Below, piece by piece: positions 43,935 through 52,850 of a stretch of 64,000 nt of DNA (position 1 is the stretch's first letter; each line of letters opens with the position of its first letter). The notes beneath the pieces are model-generated. The model searched no databases. It saw only the letters and a list, made by a program, of their open reading frames with translations, and was not told the origin of the DNA. The position numbers and the translations under genes are program-made. This DNA comes from Breznakia sp. (GTDB lineage: Bacteria; Bacillota_I; Bacilli_A; Erysipelotrichales; Erysipelotrichaceae). The stretch is taken from NCBI GenBank assembly GCA_045134375.1, contig JBGUVL010000012.1, positions 2,845-66,844 of the forward strand, given 5' to 3'.

Positions 43935-43999
43935 ACATCCTTTTTATTGGTGGAAAAAGTCGAAACTTTTTCTTATTTTCTTATTGGTATAAAAGTGAA

Positions 44000-44374
44000 T
44001 TATTTAAATTCAACAGTAGCTCCAGCTTCCATCAACTTCTTCTTCATTTCTTCCGCTTCGGCTGTTGGAACGTTTTCTTTAATTACTGCTGGAGAAGCTT
44101 CTACTAATTTCTTAGCTTCTAATAATCCTAAACCAGTAATTTCTCTAACTACCTTAATAACAGCAACTTTACTTCCACCTAAGTCACTTAACTGTACTGT
44201 TACTTCTGTTGGTTCACCAGCACCAGCAGCTTCTTCAGCAGGAGCAGCAGCAGCTACAGGAGCAGCAGCAGTAACTCCAAATTTTTCTTCGATTGCGCTA
44301 ACTAAATCGCTTAGTTCTAAGATTGTAGCTTCTTCTAAGTAAGCTAAAATTTCTTCATGTGTTAATTTTGCCAT
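44000..44374 (-). CDS. rplL: 50S ribosomal protein L7/L12
   Basis: L7/L12 with an Ala-rich hinge. Start chosen at the second ATG (MAKLTHEEI), 9 nt after GGAGG. Confidence 0.95.
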   Translation of the reverse strand: MAKLTHEEILAYLEEATILELSDLVSAIEEKFGVTAAAPVAAAAPAEEAAGAGEPTEVTVQLSDLGGSKVAVIKVVREITGLGLLEAKKLVEASPAVIKENVPTAEAEEMKKKLMEAGATVEFK

Positions 44375-44405
44375 TTTCATTTTCCTCCTATTGACTTACA
44401 TCTGA

Positions 44406-44969
44406 TTAAGCTTCCGCAGCTTCTTCATTAACCGCTTCTGCCTGTGCTGCATCAGCAGCTTCTACAACTTTAAATGTTCCATCTTCCTTTGCTTCCTTAA
44501 CTGCTTTAACAGCACAAGCAAATTTGATTACTGGTGACTGTAAGCATCCTAAGAACATGGAAATCATACCTTCCTTGTTTGGTAACTTAGATAATTTGTT
44601 AATGGTTTCAACATCAACTACTTCACCTTCAACAACTCCGGATTTGATTACTAATGCATCATGTTTTTTAGCAAATTTTGCTAATACACGTGCAGGAGCA
44701 ACTGCATCTTTACCAAAAGCAATTGCGTTTGGACCTTTTAAGCTTTCATTTAAGCCTTCTAGTTTAGCAACTTCAGCAGCTCTTACCGCCATTGAGTTTT
44801 TGTAAACTTTGAAATCCACTTCTTCTGCTCTTAGTAAACGACGTAATTCAGTTACTTCAGCCACCGTCAAACCACGGTATTCAACAACAACAGCACTAGC
44901 TGATTCATTGAACTTTGTTGCAATTTCTTCAACGATAGCCTTCTTTGCATCTAATACGCTCTGTTTCAC
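44406..44969 (-). CDS. rplJ: 50S ribosomal protein L10
   Basis: L10 sequence (V/M)KQSVLDAKKAIVEEI... with a GTG start at 44967-44969 behind GGAGGTG. The ORF-track N-terminal extension is rejected as leader. Confidence 0.9.
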   Translation of the reverse strand: MKQSVLDAKKAIVEEIATKFNESASAVVVEYRGLTVAEVTELRRLLRAEEVDFKVYKNSMAVRAAEVAKLEGLNESLKGPNAIAFGKDAVAPARVLAKFAKKHDALVIKSGVVEGEVVDVETINKLSKLPNKEGMISMFLGCLQSPVIKFACAVKAVKEAKEDGTFKVVEAADAAQAEAVNEEAAEA

Positions 44970-45120
44970 TATTACACCTCCTGTTATATATGTCACAATA
45001 TACCAGAATATAAAAACCTGCACACCATTCGACATGCAGGTTAAAAGTTTTACACTCTTCCTACCTCGGTAACATAATTAAGCACATAAGCCGTTACTGT
45101 CTATGGTATATTGATAAACA
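44970..45120 (-). promoter_or_regulatory. rplJ leader with an intrinsic attenuator hairpin (L10-leader-like)
   Basis: ~150-nt 5' UTR. The minus strand at 45010-45042 reads ACCTGCA-tgtcgaatggtg-TGCAGGT followed by TTTTTAT. Bacillota L10 leaders act by attenuation, but family membership was not verified. Confidence 0.4.
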
Positions 45121-45125
45121 TTGAT

Positions 45126-45154
45126 ATTTTATACTAACTTTTCTCTTGCGTCAA
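45126..45154 (-). promoter_or_regulatory. Sigma-A-type promoter for rplJ-rplL
   Basis: Minus strand has TTGACG, a 17-nt spacer, then TAAAAT, immediately after the rplA stop. Confidence 0.45.
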
Positions 45155-45156
45155 GA

Positions 45157-45837
45157 TTAAGCAGCAACTTTAATTCCAGGACCCATTGTGCTGCATACCG
45201 AAAGGTTTAATACATAATTACCTTTAACAGCAGCAGGTCTTGCTTTCATGATAACATCGTAGATTGCTTTGAAATTTTCTACGATCTTTTCGTTTTCGAA
45301 AGACAATTTACCAATCATGACATTAATATTTCCATCTTTGTCAACACGGTATTGTACTTTCCCTTTTTTAACATCTTCAACTGCTTTCGCAACATCCATT
45401 GTTACGGTACCAGTTTTAGGGTTTGGCATCAATCCTTTTGGTCCTAAAATACGACCTAATTTACCAAGTTCTCCCATCATGTTTGGAGTAGCGATGATAA
45501 CATCAAAGTCTAACCAACCTTTTTTCATATCATCTAATAATTCTTTTCCACCTACATAGTCAGCTCCTGCTTCTTTCGCTGCAGCTTCCTGTGGACCCTG
45601 AGCGATAACACAAACCTTCTGTGTACGACCAGTTCCATTAGGCAATACCATAGCACCACGAATCTGCTGATCCGCATGACGTGGGTCTACATTTAAGCGG
45701 AATGACACTTCCACGCTTTCATCAAATTTAGCAAAACTTGCTTTTTTCATTAATTCTACTGCTTCGTTAATAGAATAAGCTTTTGTGCGATCAACTAACT
45801 TAGCAGCTTCTACATACTTCTTACCTTTTTTAGCCAT
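45157..45837 (-). CDS. rplA: 50S ribosomal protein L1
   Basis: L1 sequence. Confidence 0.95.
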   Translation of the reverse strand: MAKKGKKYVEAAKLVDRTKAYSINEAVELMKKASFAKFDESVEVSFRLNVDPRHADQQIRGAMVLPNGTGRTQKVCVIAQGPQEAAAKEAGADYVGGKELLDDMKKGWLDFDVIIATPNMMGELGKLGRILGPKGLMPNPKTGTVTMDVAKAVEDVKKGKVQYRVDKDGNINVMIGKLSFENEKIVENFKAIYDVIMKARPAAVKGNYVLNLSVCSTMGPGIKVAA

Positions 45838-45851
45838 TTGTTAGTTCCTCC

Positions 45852-46262
45852 TTATTCTACAATTTCAATTCCCATGTTGCGAGCCGTACCAGCAACAATG
45901 TTCATTGCAGCTTCTACATCATTCGCATTTAAATCTGGCATTTTGTATTCTGCAATTTCCTTCAGCTGAGCTTTTGTAATGCTTCCTACTTTTACCTTGG
46001 AGTCACCTGCTCCTTTACTTACGCCAGCAGCCTTCTTGATCATAATTGCAGCTGGTGTAGTCTTACATACGAAATCAAAGCTCTTGTCTTCGTATGCTGT
46101 GATCACTACTGGTACCATATCTCCCTTACGATCTTTTGTCGCATCATTAAATGCAGTACAGAACTGAGGCATGTTAATACCAGCAGATGCTAATGCAGGT
46201 CCTGGTTTTGCTCCTCCGGCAGGGAACTGTAACTTCGCGATCTTTGCGATTTTCTTACTCAT
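45852..46262 (-). CDS. rplK: 50S ribosomal protein L11
   Basis: L11 sequence (…LQFPAGGAKPGPALASAGINM…). Confidence 0.95.
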   Translation of the reverse strand: MSKKIAKIAKLQFPAGGAKPGPALASAGINMPQFCTAFNDATKDRKGDMVPVVITAYEDKSFDFVCKTTPAAIMIKKAAGVSKGAGDSKVKVGSITKAQLKEIAEYKMPDLNANDVEAAMNIVAGTARNMGIEIVE

Positions 46263-46672
46263 AAGACACCCTCCTAATTTTTTGTCCTATGCAGTGGTAA
46301 ACGAGCCTTCTCGCAACGCTCTACCACGCATGAAAAACTCCACAATTCGTGGACTTTACTATCTTATACTATTACCGCGTTGTTGGCAAGCTTTTTTATC
46401 ATTTTTTCAATTTTAATCCCTATTATTTAATTTTCTGGTTGATTCACTTCATTATCCTATCATAATTTTCTTTTCGATGTGGCAATGCCCATGCGCTACC
46501 ATCTTTTATGCTCTTAATCCATCGTGCATTCCCACCACAGTTATCTTACTAATAGAAAGGGCAACAGAAAAGACGGTGAAATGATTCCTTTATGACAAGG
46601 AAAGAACTCCCATTTTTCATGAGTAAAATAATCGTTCTTCTTCATCTTTTAAGTCTTTTTTTCCTCTCAGCC

Positions 46673-46697
46673 AAAAAAAGGTACATAAAGTACCTTA
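46673..46697 (-). terminator. Rho-independent terminator after trkH
   Basis: Minus strand reads AAGGTAC-tttat-GTACCTT followed by a T7 run. Overlaps the stop codon. Confidence 0.5.
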
Positions 46698-48215
46698 ATT
46701 GCTTCTACGCTTTTTACGACTATGAATATTCTTAGATACACTACGAATATTTAAAATTGGAGCCAAGAAAATGATAATTGGATAGATTTCCAAACGACCA
46801 ATCAACATCGCAAAAGATAAGACAATCTTAGAAAAATCCGAGAACATGGAAAAGTTTCCCATTGGACCACAAAGGCCAAATCCTGGACCTACATTGCCAA
46901 TACATGTCATAACGGATGTTACCGTTGTCTCAAAATCAAAATTATTGAATGAAACCAAGAACAACAAGACACCAACAATAATAATGAAACTACAGAAATA
47001 CGCCATGATCTGATTGACCACCTCTGTATCCACTACTTTACCATCCATTGTGATGGCTTCTACTTTTTGTGGATGCAGTAACTTTTGAATATCCAATTTG
47101 ATTTTCTTCACAATAATCAAAAGACGACTTACCTTCACACCACCACCAGTCGAACCAGCACTCGCACCACAGACTGTTAATAAGAAGAGGATCATCTTAC
47201 TAAATTGTGGCCAGACACTATAATCACAACTCGAATATCCCGTTGTCGTTATAATTGAACCCACTTGAAAACTTGCCAAACGAATGGATTTGAATACATC
47301 AAAATTATACATGGATAAAATATTCAATGTGATACAAGTAATTGAGAATAGAATAATACCTAAATATGTACGCAACTCTTCATTTTTAAAGACTTGTTTG
47401 AAATCTTTGATTAATAAAAAGTAGTACATATTAAAGTTCACACCAAATAAAATCATGAAAATCGTAATGATCACTTCATAATACGCATTGTTGTAGGCAC
47501 CAATACTCGTGTTTTTAATCGCAAAACCACCAGTACCCGCTGTACCAAACGTATTACATAACGCATCAAACAATGGCATCTTGCCAATCAATAGTAAAAT
47601 GACCTGAATGATAGTCAATCCCATATACATGGTATATAAAATCATAGCGGACTGACGCATACGAGGTACTAATTTACCAATGGTAGGACCAGGCGCTTCC
47701 GCACGCATGATATGCATATCACGATCATTTGACTTTGGAAGTAAGGCCAAAATGAAAACCAAGATACCCATACCACCAATCCAGTGTGTAAAGCTACGCC
47801 AGAAGAGTGTGGCATGCTTCAAATTCTCAACTTCCGTTAAAATACTTGAACCTGTCGTTGTAAATCCAGACACAGCTTCAAAGAAACAATCCACAAAAGA
47901 AGGAATTTCACCCGACAAGTAGAATGGTAATCCACCAAAGAAAGAAACAACGATCCAGGCAAGACCTACCGCAAGCATTCCGTCTTTGGCAAAATAAGAA
48001 TTCGTTCTCGACTTTTTACGCGTTAAACCATAGCCTAAAACCAAACAAATCCCAATTACGATCAAGTAAGAATCATATAATCCTTCTTGATAAATCAAAT
48101 CCACAATGACCGGCAACACCATTAAACAGGCTTGCGCAATAAGCACCATACCCAATACGTTACCAATCATAGTCCAGTTGAGTTTATGTATATTATGCTT
48201 AAGATAGTAAATCAT
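46695..48215 (-). CDS. trkH: TrkH/KtrB-family potassium uptake membrane protein
   Basis: Multi-TM protein with repeated TTTGS/TAGTGG/GSTGGG selectivity-filter-like motifs. Confidence 0.85.
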   Translation of the reverse strand: MIYYLKHNIHKLNWTMIGNVLGMVLIAQACLMVLPVIVDLIYQEGLYDSYLIVIGICLVLGYGLTRKKSRTNSYFAKDGMLAVGLAWIVVSFFGGLPFYLSGEIPSFVDCFFEAVSGFTTTGSSILTEVENLKHATLFWRSFTHWIGGMGILVFILALLPKSNDRDMHIMRAEAPGPTIGKLVPRMRQSAMILYTMYMGLTIIQVILLLIGKMPLFDALCNTFGTAGTGGFAIKNTSIGAYNNAYYEVIITIFMILFGVNFNMYYFLLIKDFKQVFKNEELRTYLGIILFSITCITLNILSMYNFDVFKSIRLASFQVGSIITTTGYSSCDYSVWPQFSKMILFLLTVCGASAGSTGGGVKVSRLLIIVKKIKLDIQKLLHPQKVEAITMDGKVVDTEVVNQIMAYFCSFIIIVGVLLFLVSFNNFDFETTVTSVMTCIGNVGPGFGLCGPMGNFSMFSDFSKIVLSFAMLIGRLEIYPIIIFLAPILNIRSVSKNIHSRKKRRSN

Positions 48216-49557
48216 TGATATCCCTCAACCCTGCAACCTTACTAATAATAATAACCGTATCCGATAGTTGAATACGCATATCACCCGTTGCTACTTTAGA
48301 AACACCTTTATGTGTTACATACGCAATGATAATACCCTTACGAATATTTAAATCCTTAATTGGCACATCAATAAAACGACAATTGTCACGCACTCTAAAT
48401 TCTAAAGCCTCTACCTTGTCATCCACGAGCTTAATCAAAGATTCAACGTTTGATCCAACCGTATTCTGCATAGCACGAACATACTGCACGATTTGGTTTG
48501 CGGTAATAAACTTAGGCGTAATTGAATTTTCAAGACCCAACTTTTCCAACAAGAAACCTAAAGAAACACGATTTACCTTAGGAAGCACATGCGTAACACC
48601 ATGACTTTGGGCAAACATCGAAATAATGACATTCTCCTCATCATTATCTGTAAGAGCGATAAAGGCATCCATTTCCTCTAATGATTCACTCAATAATAAT
48701 TCGTGATTCGTTCCATCTCCATGAATCACTGTTGCCTGTGGGAATTTTTCAACCAAGTTGATACACTTCTCTTTATTCAACTCAATAATTTTAACGGCCA
48801 TACCCAATTCAAGTAACATGCTCGTCAAATAATATGTGATACGACCACCACCAACAATCATAACCTCATTGACTGTACGATCACTTAAAATACCAATCTT
48901 AATAAAGAAACGCTCTAATTGCGTTGTTGAACCCGTTAATGTAAGACGATCATTTGCATAAATCACCGTATTTCCATTTGGAATGATGACTTCACCATCA
49001 CGCAAAATCGTCACAAACAATACTTCCGTCTTAAAACGACGATTGATATCAACCACACGCATATTTATAAGTGGGGAATTTTCTGTTACCTTAACTTCAG
49101 CAAGCTCAATTCTTCCCTTCGCAAAAGACGATACTTTAATGGAATTTGAGAAACGAATCGCGCGCAATATTTCACGAGCCGCCGCCTGCTCTGGATTGAT
49201 ACTCATACTCAATCCCAATTCATCTTTAATCAAACGAACTGTGTTATTGTATTCTGGATTACGAATACGAGCAATGGTATGTCTAGCTCCCAATTTTTTT
49301 GCCAATAAACAACAAATAATATTCACTTCATCCGTTGATGTAGCCGCAATCAACAAATCACTCGAAGGTACACGTGCTTCTAATAATGTGTCTAAACTAG
49401 CCCCATTCCCTTGCACACCAACAATATCTAGTTGATTCATTGTACTCGATAATACATTCGCTTTATTTTCAACCACTGTAATATCATGACCCTCTTGATT
49501 CAATTGTTTCGCAATCGCAAAGCCAACTTTCCCATCGCCAACTACAATAATTTTCAT
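48199..49557 (-). CDS. trkA: Trk system NAD-binding subunit TrkA (two RCK units)
   Basis: MKIIVVGDGKVGFAIA and a second VMIVGGGRITYYL Rossmann motif. Start trimmed to the ATG at 49555-49557 behind GGAGG. Confidence 0.9.
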   Translation of the reverse strand: MKIIVVGDGKVGFAIAKQLNQEGHDITVVENKANVLSSTMNQLDIVGVQGNGASLDTLLEARVPSSDLLIAATSTDEVNIICCLLAKKLGARHTIARIRNPEYNNTVRLIKDELGLSMSINPEQAAAREILRAIRFSNSIKVSSFAKGRIELAEVKVTENSPLINMRVVDINRRFKTEVLFVTILRDGEVIIPNGNTVIYANDRLTLTGSTTQLERFFIKIGILSDRTVNEVMIVGGGRITYYLTSMLLELGMAVKIIELNKEKCINLVEKFPQATVIHGDGTNHELLLSESLEEMDAFIALTDNDEENVIISMFAQSHGVTHVLPKVNRVSLGFLLEKLGLENSITPKFITANQIVQYVRAMQNTVGSNVESLIKLVDDKVEALEFRVRDNCRFIDVPIKDLNIRKGIIIAYVTHKGVSKVATGDMRIQLSDTVIIISKVAGLRDINDLLS

Positions 49558-49675
49558 ATTTCCTCCAAAAAAAATAAATTCCGATACGGAATCTATCTCA
49601 AGTATAATACAAATCAATATTAAAAACAAGTGATACAGAAAATATGTTCAATCTCCTTGCATTTTCAATTCATAG

Positions 49676-49773
49676 TGATATACTAGGCTATGCTGGATAA
49701 TCAAATTACCCTTTTACCGCTTATCCAGCGTTTCCTATTTCTTGAGCTGATTTACCCGATCAGCTCTTTTTTT
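49676..49773 (+). repeat. Two-hairpin module, copy A
   Basis: In order: TGATATACT, 6 nt, hairpin TGCTGGATA...TTATCCAG, GTTTCCTAT, hairpin GAGCTGAT-7nt-ATCAGCTC, T7 run. Paralogous to copy B. Confidence 0.7.
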
Positions 49774-49794
49774 CGTTTTACAATCGAGTATAAT

Positions 49795-50206
49795 GCCCTT
49801 AGAAAGGTGCATGGTACGATACAAATGGAAAGTAAAGAAAATGTTGGTACAACCTTTAGGATAATTCTTCCTTTACAAATAGATCCAAACCCATTTGTTA
49901 CAAGATCTAGGGCTTGATGTATCGACTGCTCGAAATGGACAAGAAGCCCTTGATCAATTCAAAAAATCTAAGCTTTACACTTTTGATTATATTTTTATGG
50001 ATATTATGATGCCAATTAAAAATGGATTAGAAGCTACAAAAGAAATACGTGCCTTACCAAGAAGCGATGCGAAAAACGTACATATTCTTGCGATGAGTGC
50101 CAATGCATTTGAAAGTGATATTCAAGAATGCATAAAAGCAGGTATGGATGGACATATCGCAAAACCAATCACTATGGAACTATTAAAAGAAAAATTAGCG
50201 AAATGA
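49795..50206 (+). pseudogene. Remnant of a hybrid sensor histidine kinase (end of HATPase_c plus a 5'-truncated receiver domain)
   Basis: ..ALRKVHGTIQMESKENVGTTFRIILPL.. is a HATPase_c C-terminus. After a frame change comes ..LGLDVSTARNGQEALDQF..YDYIFMDIMMPIKNGLEATKEIR..ILAMSANAF..CIKAGMDGHIAKPI.., a REC domain lacking beta-1 and the acidic pocket. There is no upstream kinase core. Confidence 0.7.
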
Positions 50207-50227
50207 AAAGGGTGAGACATCACCCTT

Positions 50228-50872
50228 TTAGTCTGCATATGGCTTTAAATAATCTGCATTCAAAATTAAAATCTTATTATCGACTATACGAATTACATTC
50301 TCTTCTCTTAATCCACGCAAAATACGGTTGACACTGTTTCTTGTAGAAATACCACAGAATCCAGCGATATCATCATTTGTGACCTGCATATCAATCAATA
50401 TACCTTCCTCATTTTCTTTTCCAAACAAAGAAATCAAATTATAAAGAAAGGCATAGATAGCGCCACTCTTTCCATTCATTATCATACATTTTTGGCGATA
50501 TAGAGCTCTTTGTAGATTCTCACGATAATATGCCTCAACATACTCTTTTAATTTTTCATCTCGCTTTACAGCCCTTGAAAAATCTTCTCGACTTACCAAA
50601 CAAAAAGATGCCTCTTCACTTTCAACACGAATTCTTATACGATACGCAACATCTTCACGAAGTGTGTCGCTCATTAACGAAAGAAGATTGGGTCCTTGGG
50701 CGTAAGTTATATTATATTCACGTCCATCCTCTAAAATGGAACTCACCTTTACAACACCTTCCTTTAAGAAAATCATCTTTTCTAAACCGCACATTATAAT
50801 ATCATGGTTCTTTTTTGAAACAATTGGGACTTCCGTCTTTTCCAGATATTGAAGCACATAGTCACAATTCAT
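50228..50872 (-). CDS. Crp/Fnr-family transcriptional regulator
   Basis: N-terminal cNMP-binding-like domain and a C-terminal HTH (NDDIAGFCGISTRNSVNRILRGL). Start trimmed to MNCDYV behind GAGGTG. Confidence 0.8.
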   Translation of the reverse strand: MNCDYVLQYLEKTEVPIVSKKNHDIIMCGLEKMIFLKEGVVKVSSILEDGREYNITYAQGPNLLSLMSDTLREDVAYRIRIRVESEEASFCLVSREDFSRAVKRDEKLKEYVEAYYRENLQRALYRQKCMIMNGKSGAIYAFLYNLISLFGKENEEGILIDMQVTNDDIAGFCGISTRNSVNRILRGLREENVIRIVDNKILILNADYLKPYAD

Positions 50873-51005
50873 CTTCGTCACCTCTATCATTATTTCCATT
50901 GTATCATACTTCAGTAGAATCTTGTTAGCAATTGATATTTATTATGTTGCGTGTTCCTTACATATACAATTATGGACAATTGTTTTTGTATAATACACAA
51001 CAAGA

Positions 51006-51114
51006 TGATATACTTATTTTTGCTGGATAGCGTGTCCATAAAGTAATTTGCATATCCAGTTTCCTATGAATAGAGCTGAATTATTTGCCACATCATCTAG
51101 TTCAGCTCTTTTTT
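51006..51114 (+). repeat. Two-hairpin module, copy B
   Basis: In order: TGATATACT, 6 nt, hairpin TGCTGGATA...ATATCCAG, TTTCCTAT, hairpin AGAGCTGAA-20nt-TTCAGCTCT, T6 run. Confidence 0.7.
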
Positions 51115-51128
51115 CATTTCAAAATCCA

Positions 51129-51229
51129 TGATATAGTAAACAAAACTGGTTGTAACCAACTCATGATAGTCTTTCTTATAATGACCAGTTTTAAGAGTCG
51201 ACATCCCACATTTTTAGTCGGCTCTTTTT
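51129..51229 (+). repeat. Two-hairpin module, copy C (same architecture, divergent stems)
   Basis: In order: TGATATAGT, 6-7 nt, hairpin AAACTGGT...ACCAGTTT, hairpin AGAGTCGAC-14nt-GTCGGCTCT, T5 run. Confidence 0.55.
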
Positions 51230-51243
51230 ATTTTGCATAAAAA

Positions 51244-51287
51244 AAGCCCATCAAATCATATAAAATGATTTGTATGGGCGCTTTTCA
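51244..51287 (+). terminator. Strong hairpin with a terminator-like T tract upstream of tnpA
   Basis: GCCCATCAAATCAT-ataaa-ATGATTTGTATGGGC followed by GCTTTTC. Confidence 0.45.
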
Positions 51288-51298
51288 TTTGCCAAGTC

Positions 51299-51327
51299 TT
51301 GTTTACATCTCTATTTAATTCTATACT
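51299..51327 (+). promoter_or_regulatory. Candidate promoter for tnpA (would give a leaderless mRNA)
   Basis: TTGTTT, a 17-nt spacer, TATACT, then only 6 nt (TCAATT) before the ATG at 51334. No Shine-Dalgarno sequence. Confidence 0.4.
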
Positions 51328-51333
51328 TCAATT

Positions 51334-52725
51334 ATGGACACTACTTATCATTCAAACATTCCAATTGAAACTCTATCATTATTAGATTGTGATGTTCGAA
51401 ACTTCGATTTTATTCATCCCATCAAGAATATCTTCTTCGATAATATTGAATACATTCGAAAATTAGATGCTTCTGGTAAAGCTCGTCCTTGTATTTTAGA
51501 CAATGTAGAACGTTCTCTTCTTTGCCATACATGCTATCTTGGTTTTGATCAGTTTGAATGTACGGATTGTGACAACTGGAATATTATTCCACATTCTTGT
51601 CATTCTAGATTTTGTAATGCCTGTGGTGTTAAATATGCCAAACAGCTTGCAGCCAAGGCTACCTCTTTTTGTCTTGACTGCCCTCATAGGCACATTGTCT
51701 TTACTATTCCTGAAGAACTTAGAAACTGGTTCAGACAGGATCGTACTCGACTCAATCTTTTGTTTGTTGCTTCTAGAAACACCATTTCCATTCTCACCAA
51801 TAAATCTCTTGCCGATAAACTCAAAAAGAAAAAATTATCGGATACCCACTATATATTCAAAGATATTCCTGTTCGTAATGAATTTGGCATGATTGCCACT
51901 ATACATACTTTTGGAAGAGACCTTAAATGGAATCCACACATCCATTGTCTTATTCCTGAATTGATCTATTCCTTTAAAAAGGATAAAATCAAAACATTTC
52001 ATCATTTCAATTTCATTAAGCTTAGAAAAACATTTCAATTTGAATTAATTCGACTCATACAGGAAGCCGGTGGTTTAAAGAAACCTGAAGAAAAGAACAG
52101 ACTCTATAAAGATCATCCTAAAGGATTCTATGTCTACGCCAAATTCAAATCCCCTGACAACGCTTCTAACGATGCTTCAGCTAATAAAAATAGTAAAGAT
52201 ATTCAAGGCTGCGTAAACTATTTCATCCGTTATGCCGGTAGACCTGCCATGGCTGAAAATAGAATCACAGAATACAATAAAGGATCAAATACTGTCAGTT
52301 GGTTCTACAATGATCATAAGGATGAAAAACGTCATGATGTCACAGATAATGTGATTGATTTTATAAACCGTCTTATTATACATATACCAGACTATCATTT
52401 CTTAACAACTCGATATTATGGATTCTATGCCAATGCATCTAAGAAAACTCTAGATAAAGTACATGCACTTCTTGGAATCAAAAAGAATAAGGATTATTCT
52501 CGTGAAACAAGAACCAAGGCCCTTAAAAACAAACTCAATAAATTGAAGTACCGCACTCATTTGATTGATTCTTTTAATAGAGACCCAATTCAATGTAAAT
52601 GTGGAGCCATTATGCAGTATACTTATACATATAATCCATTGGAGGACAAGAGAAATGACAGAACATACAGAAAAAGATGTATTGATGAAATGTACAAAAT
52701 GCGGTTACGAAGAAGAAGTACCTAG
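51334..52725 (+). CDS. tnpA: IS91-family (HUH/Y2 rolling-circle) transposase
   Basis: N-terminal zinc-binding domain (CHTC...CTDC...HSCHSRFCNAC), HUH motif HTFGRDLKWNPHIHCLI, and the Y2 motif RYYGFYAN. The ORF appears intact. Confidence 0.85.
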   Translation: MDTTYHSNIPIETLSLLDCDVRNFDFIHPIKNIFFDNIEYIRKLDASGKARPCILDNVERSLLCHTCYLGFDQFECTDCDNWNIIPHSCHSRFCNACGVKYAKQLAAKATSFCLDCPHRHIVFTIPEELRNWFRQDRTRLNLLFVASRNTISILTNKSLADKLKKKKLSDTHYIFKDIPVRNEFGMIATIHTFGRDLKWNPHIHCLIPELIYSFKKDKIKTFHHFNFIKLRKTFQFELIRLIQEAGGLKKPEEKNRLYKDHPKGFYVYAKFKSPDNASNDASANKNSKDIQGCVNYFIRYAGRPAMAENRITEYNKGSNTVSWFYNDHKDEKRHDVTDNVIDFINRLIIHIPDYHFLTTRYYGFYANASKKTLDKVHALLGIKKNKDYSRETRTKALKNKLNKLKYRTHLIDSFNRDPIQCKCGAIMQYTYTYNPLEDKRNDRTYRKRCIDEMYKMRLRRRST

Positions 52726-52819
52726 ATGGTTAATCGATGAATTATTTCCAAATGAACCTGAAGAAAACTATATGATGCACTGCCCTGAATGTGATCATAA
52801 GATGATTGTAAAAAAATAA
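52655..52819 (+). CDS. Small zinc-ribbon protein (54 aa) overlapping the 3' end of tnpA
   Basis: GGAGGA then 8 nt then ATG. Translation MTEHTEKDVLMKCTKCGYEEEVPRWLIDELFPNEPEENYMMHCPECDHKMIVKK has two CxxC pairs and is followed by a terminator. Confidence 0.5.
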   Translation: MTEHTEKDVLMKCTKCGYEEEVPRWLIDELFPNEPEENYMMHCPECDHKMIVKK

Positions 52820-52850
52820 TTCAGCAACTAAAAGGCAAATGCAAAATGTT

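Noticed and set aside
43899-44342. 147-aa plus-strand ORF antisense to rplL. Many similar antisense ORFs occur inside r-protein, rpoB/C, secY, tuf, trkA and other genes, for example 13557-13820, 17393-17728, 18125-18433, 22608-22907, 24476-24790, 38097-38772, 44524-45072 and 48983-49435.
   Set aside because: These are mirror-frame shadows of highly expressed genes. They show low-complexity Ser/Ala/Thr/Phe-rich translations, lack an RBS, and are fully contained in well-supported genes on the other strand.
46420-46672. About 250 bp between the trkH terminator and the rplK promoter. It contains short ORFs, such as MKKNDYFTHEKWEFFPCHKG... on the minus strand and a Cys-rich 36-aa ORF on the plus strand.
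   Set aside because: It could be a degraded gene remnant, but no frame gives a recognisable family and no RBS is convincing. Left unannotated; BLASTX would be needed.
49558-49675. Looked for a c-di-AMP (ydaO/kimA-type) riboswitch upstream of trkA, since K+ uptake genes are often so regulated.
   Set aside because: The conserved ACGGGGA/CCCGA-type cores are absent. The only feature is a short hairpin plus T run (minus strand ATTCCG-tat-CGGAAT then TTATTTTTTTT, 49566-49594) just before the RBS. I cannot interpret it, and it may simply terminate upstream transcription.
49690-49917. 75-aa ORF spanning module A and the kinase remnant.
   Set aside because: The paralogous module B has stop codons in the equivalent frame, so the conserved part is not coding. 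The 3' part is just the leftover HATPase_c tail.
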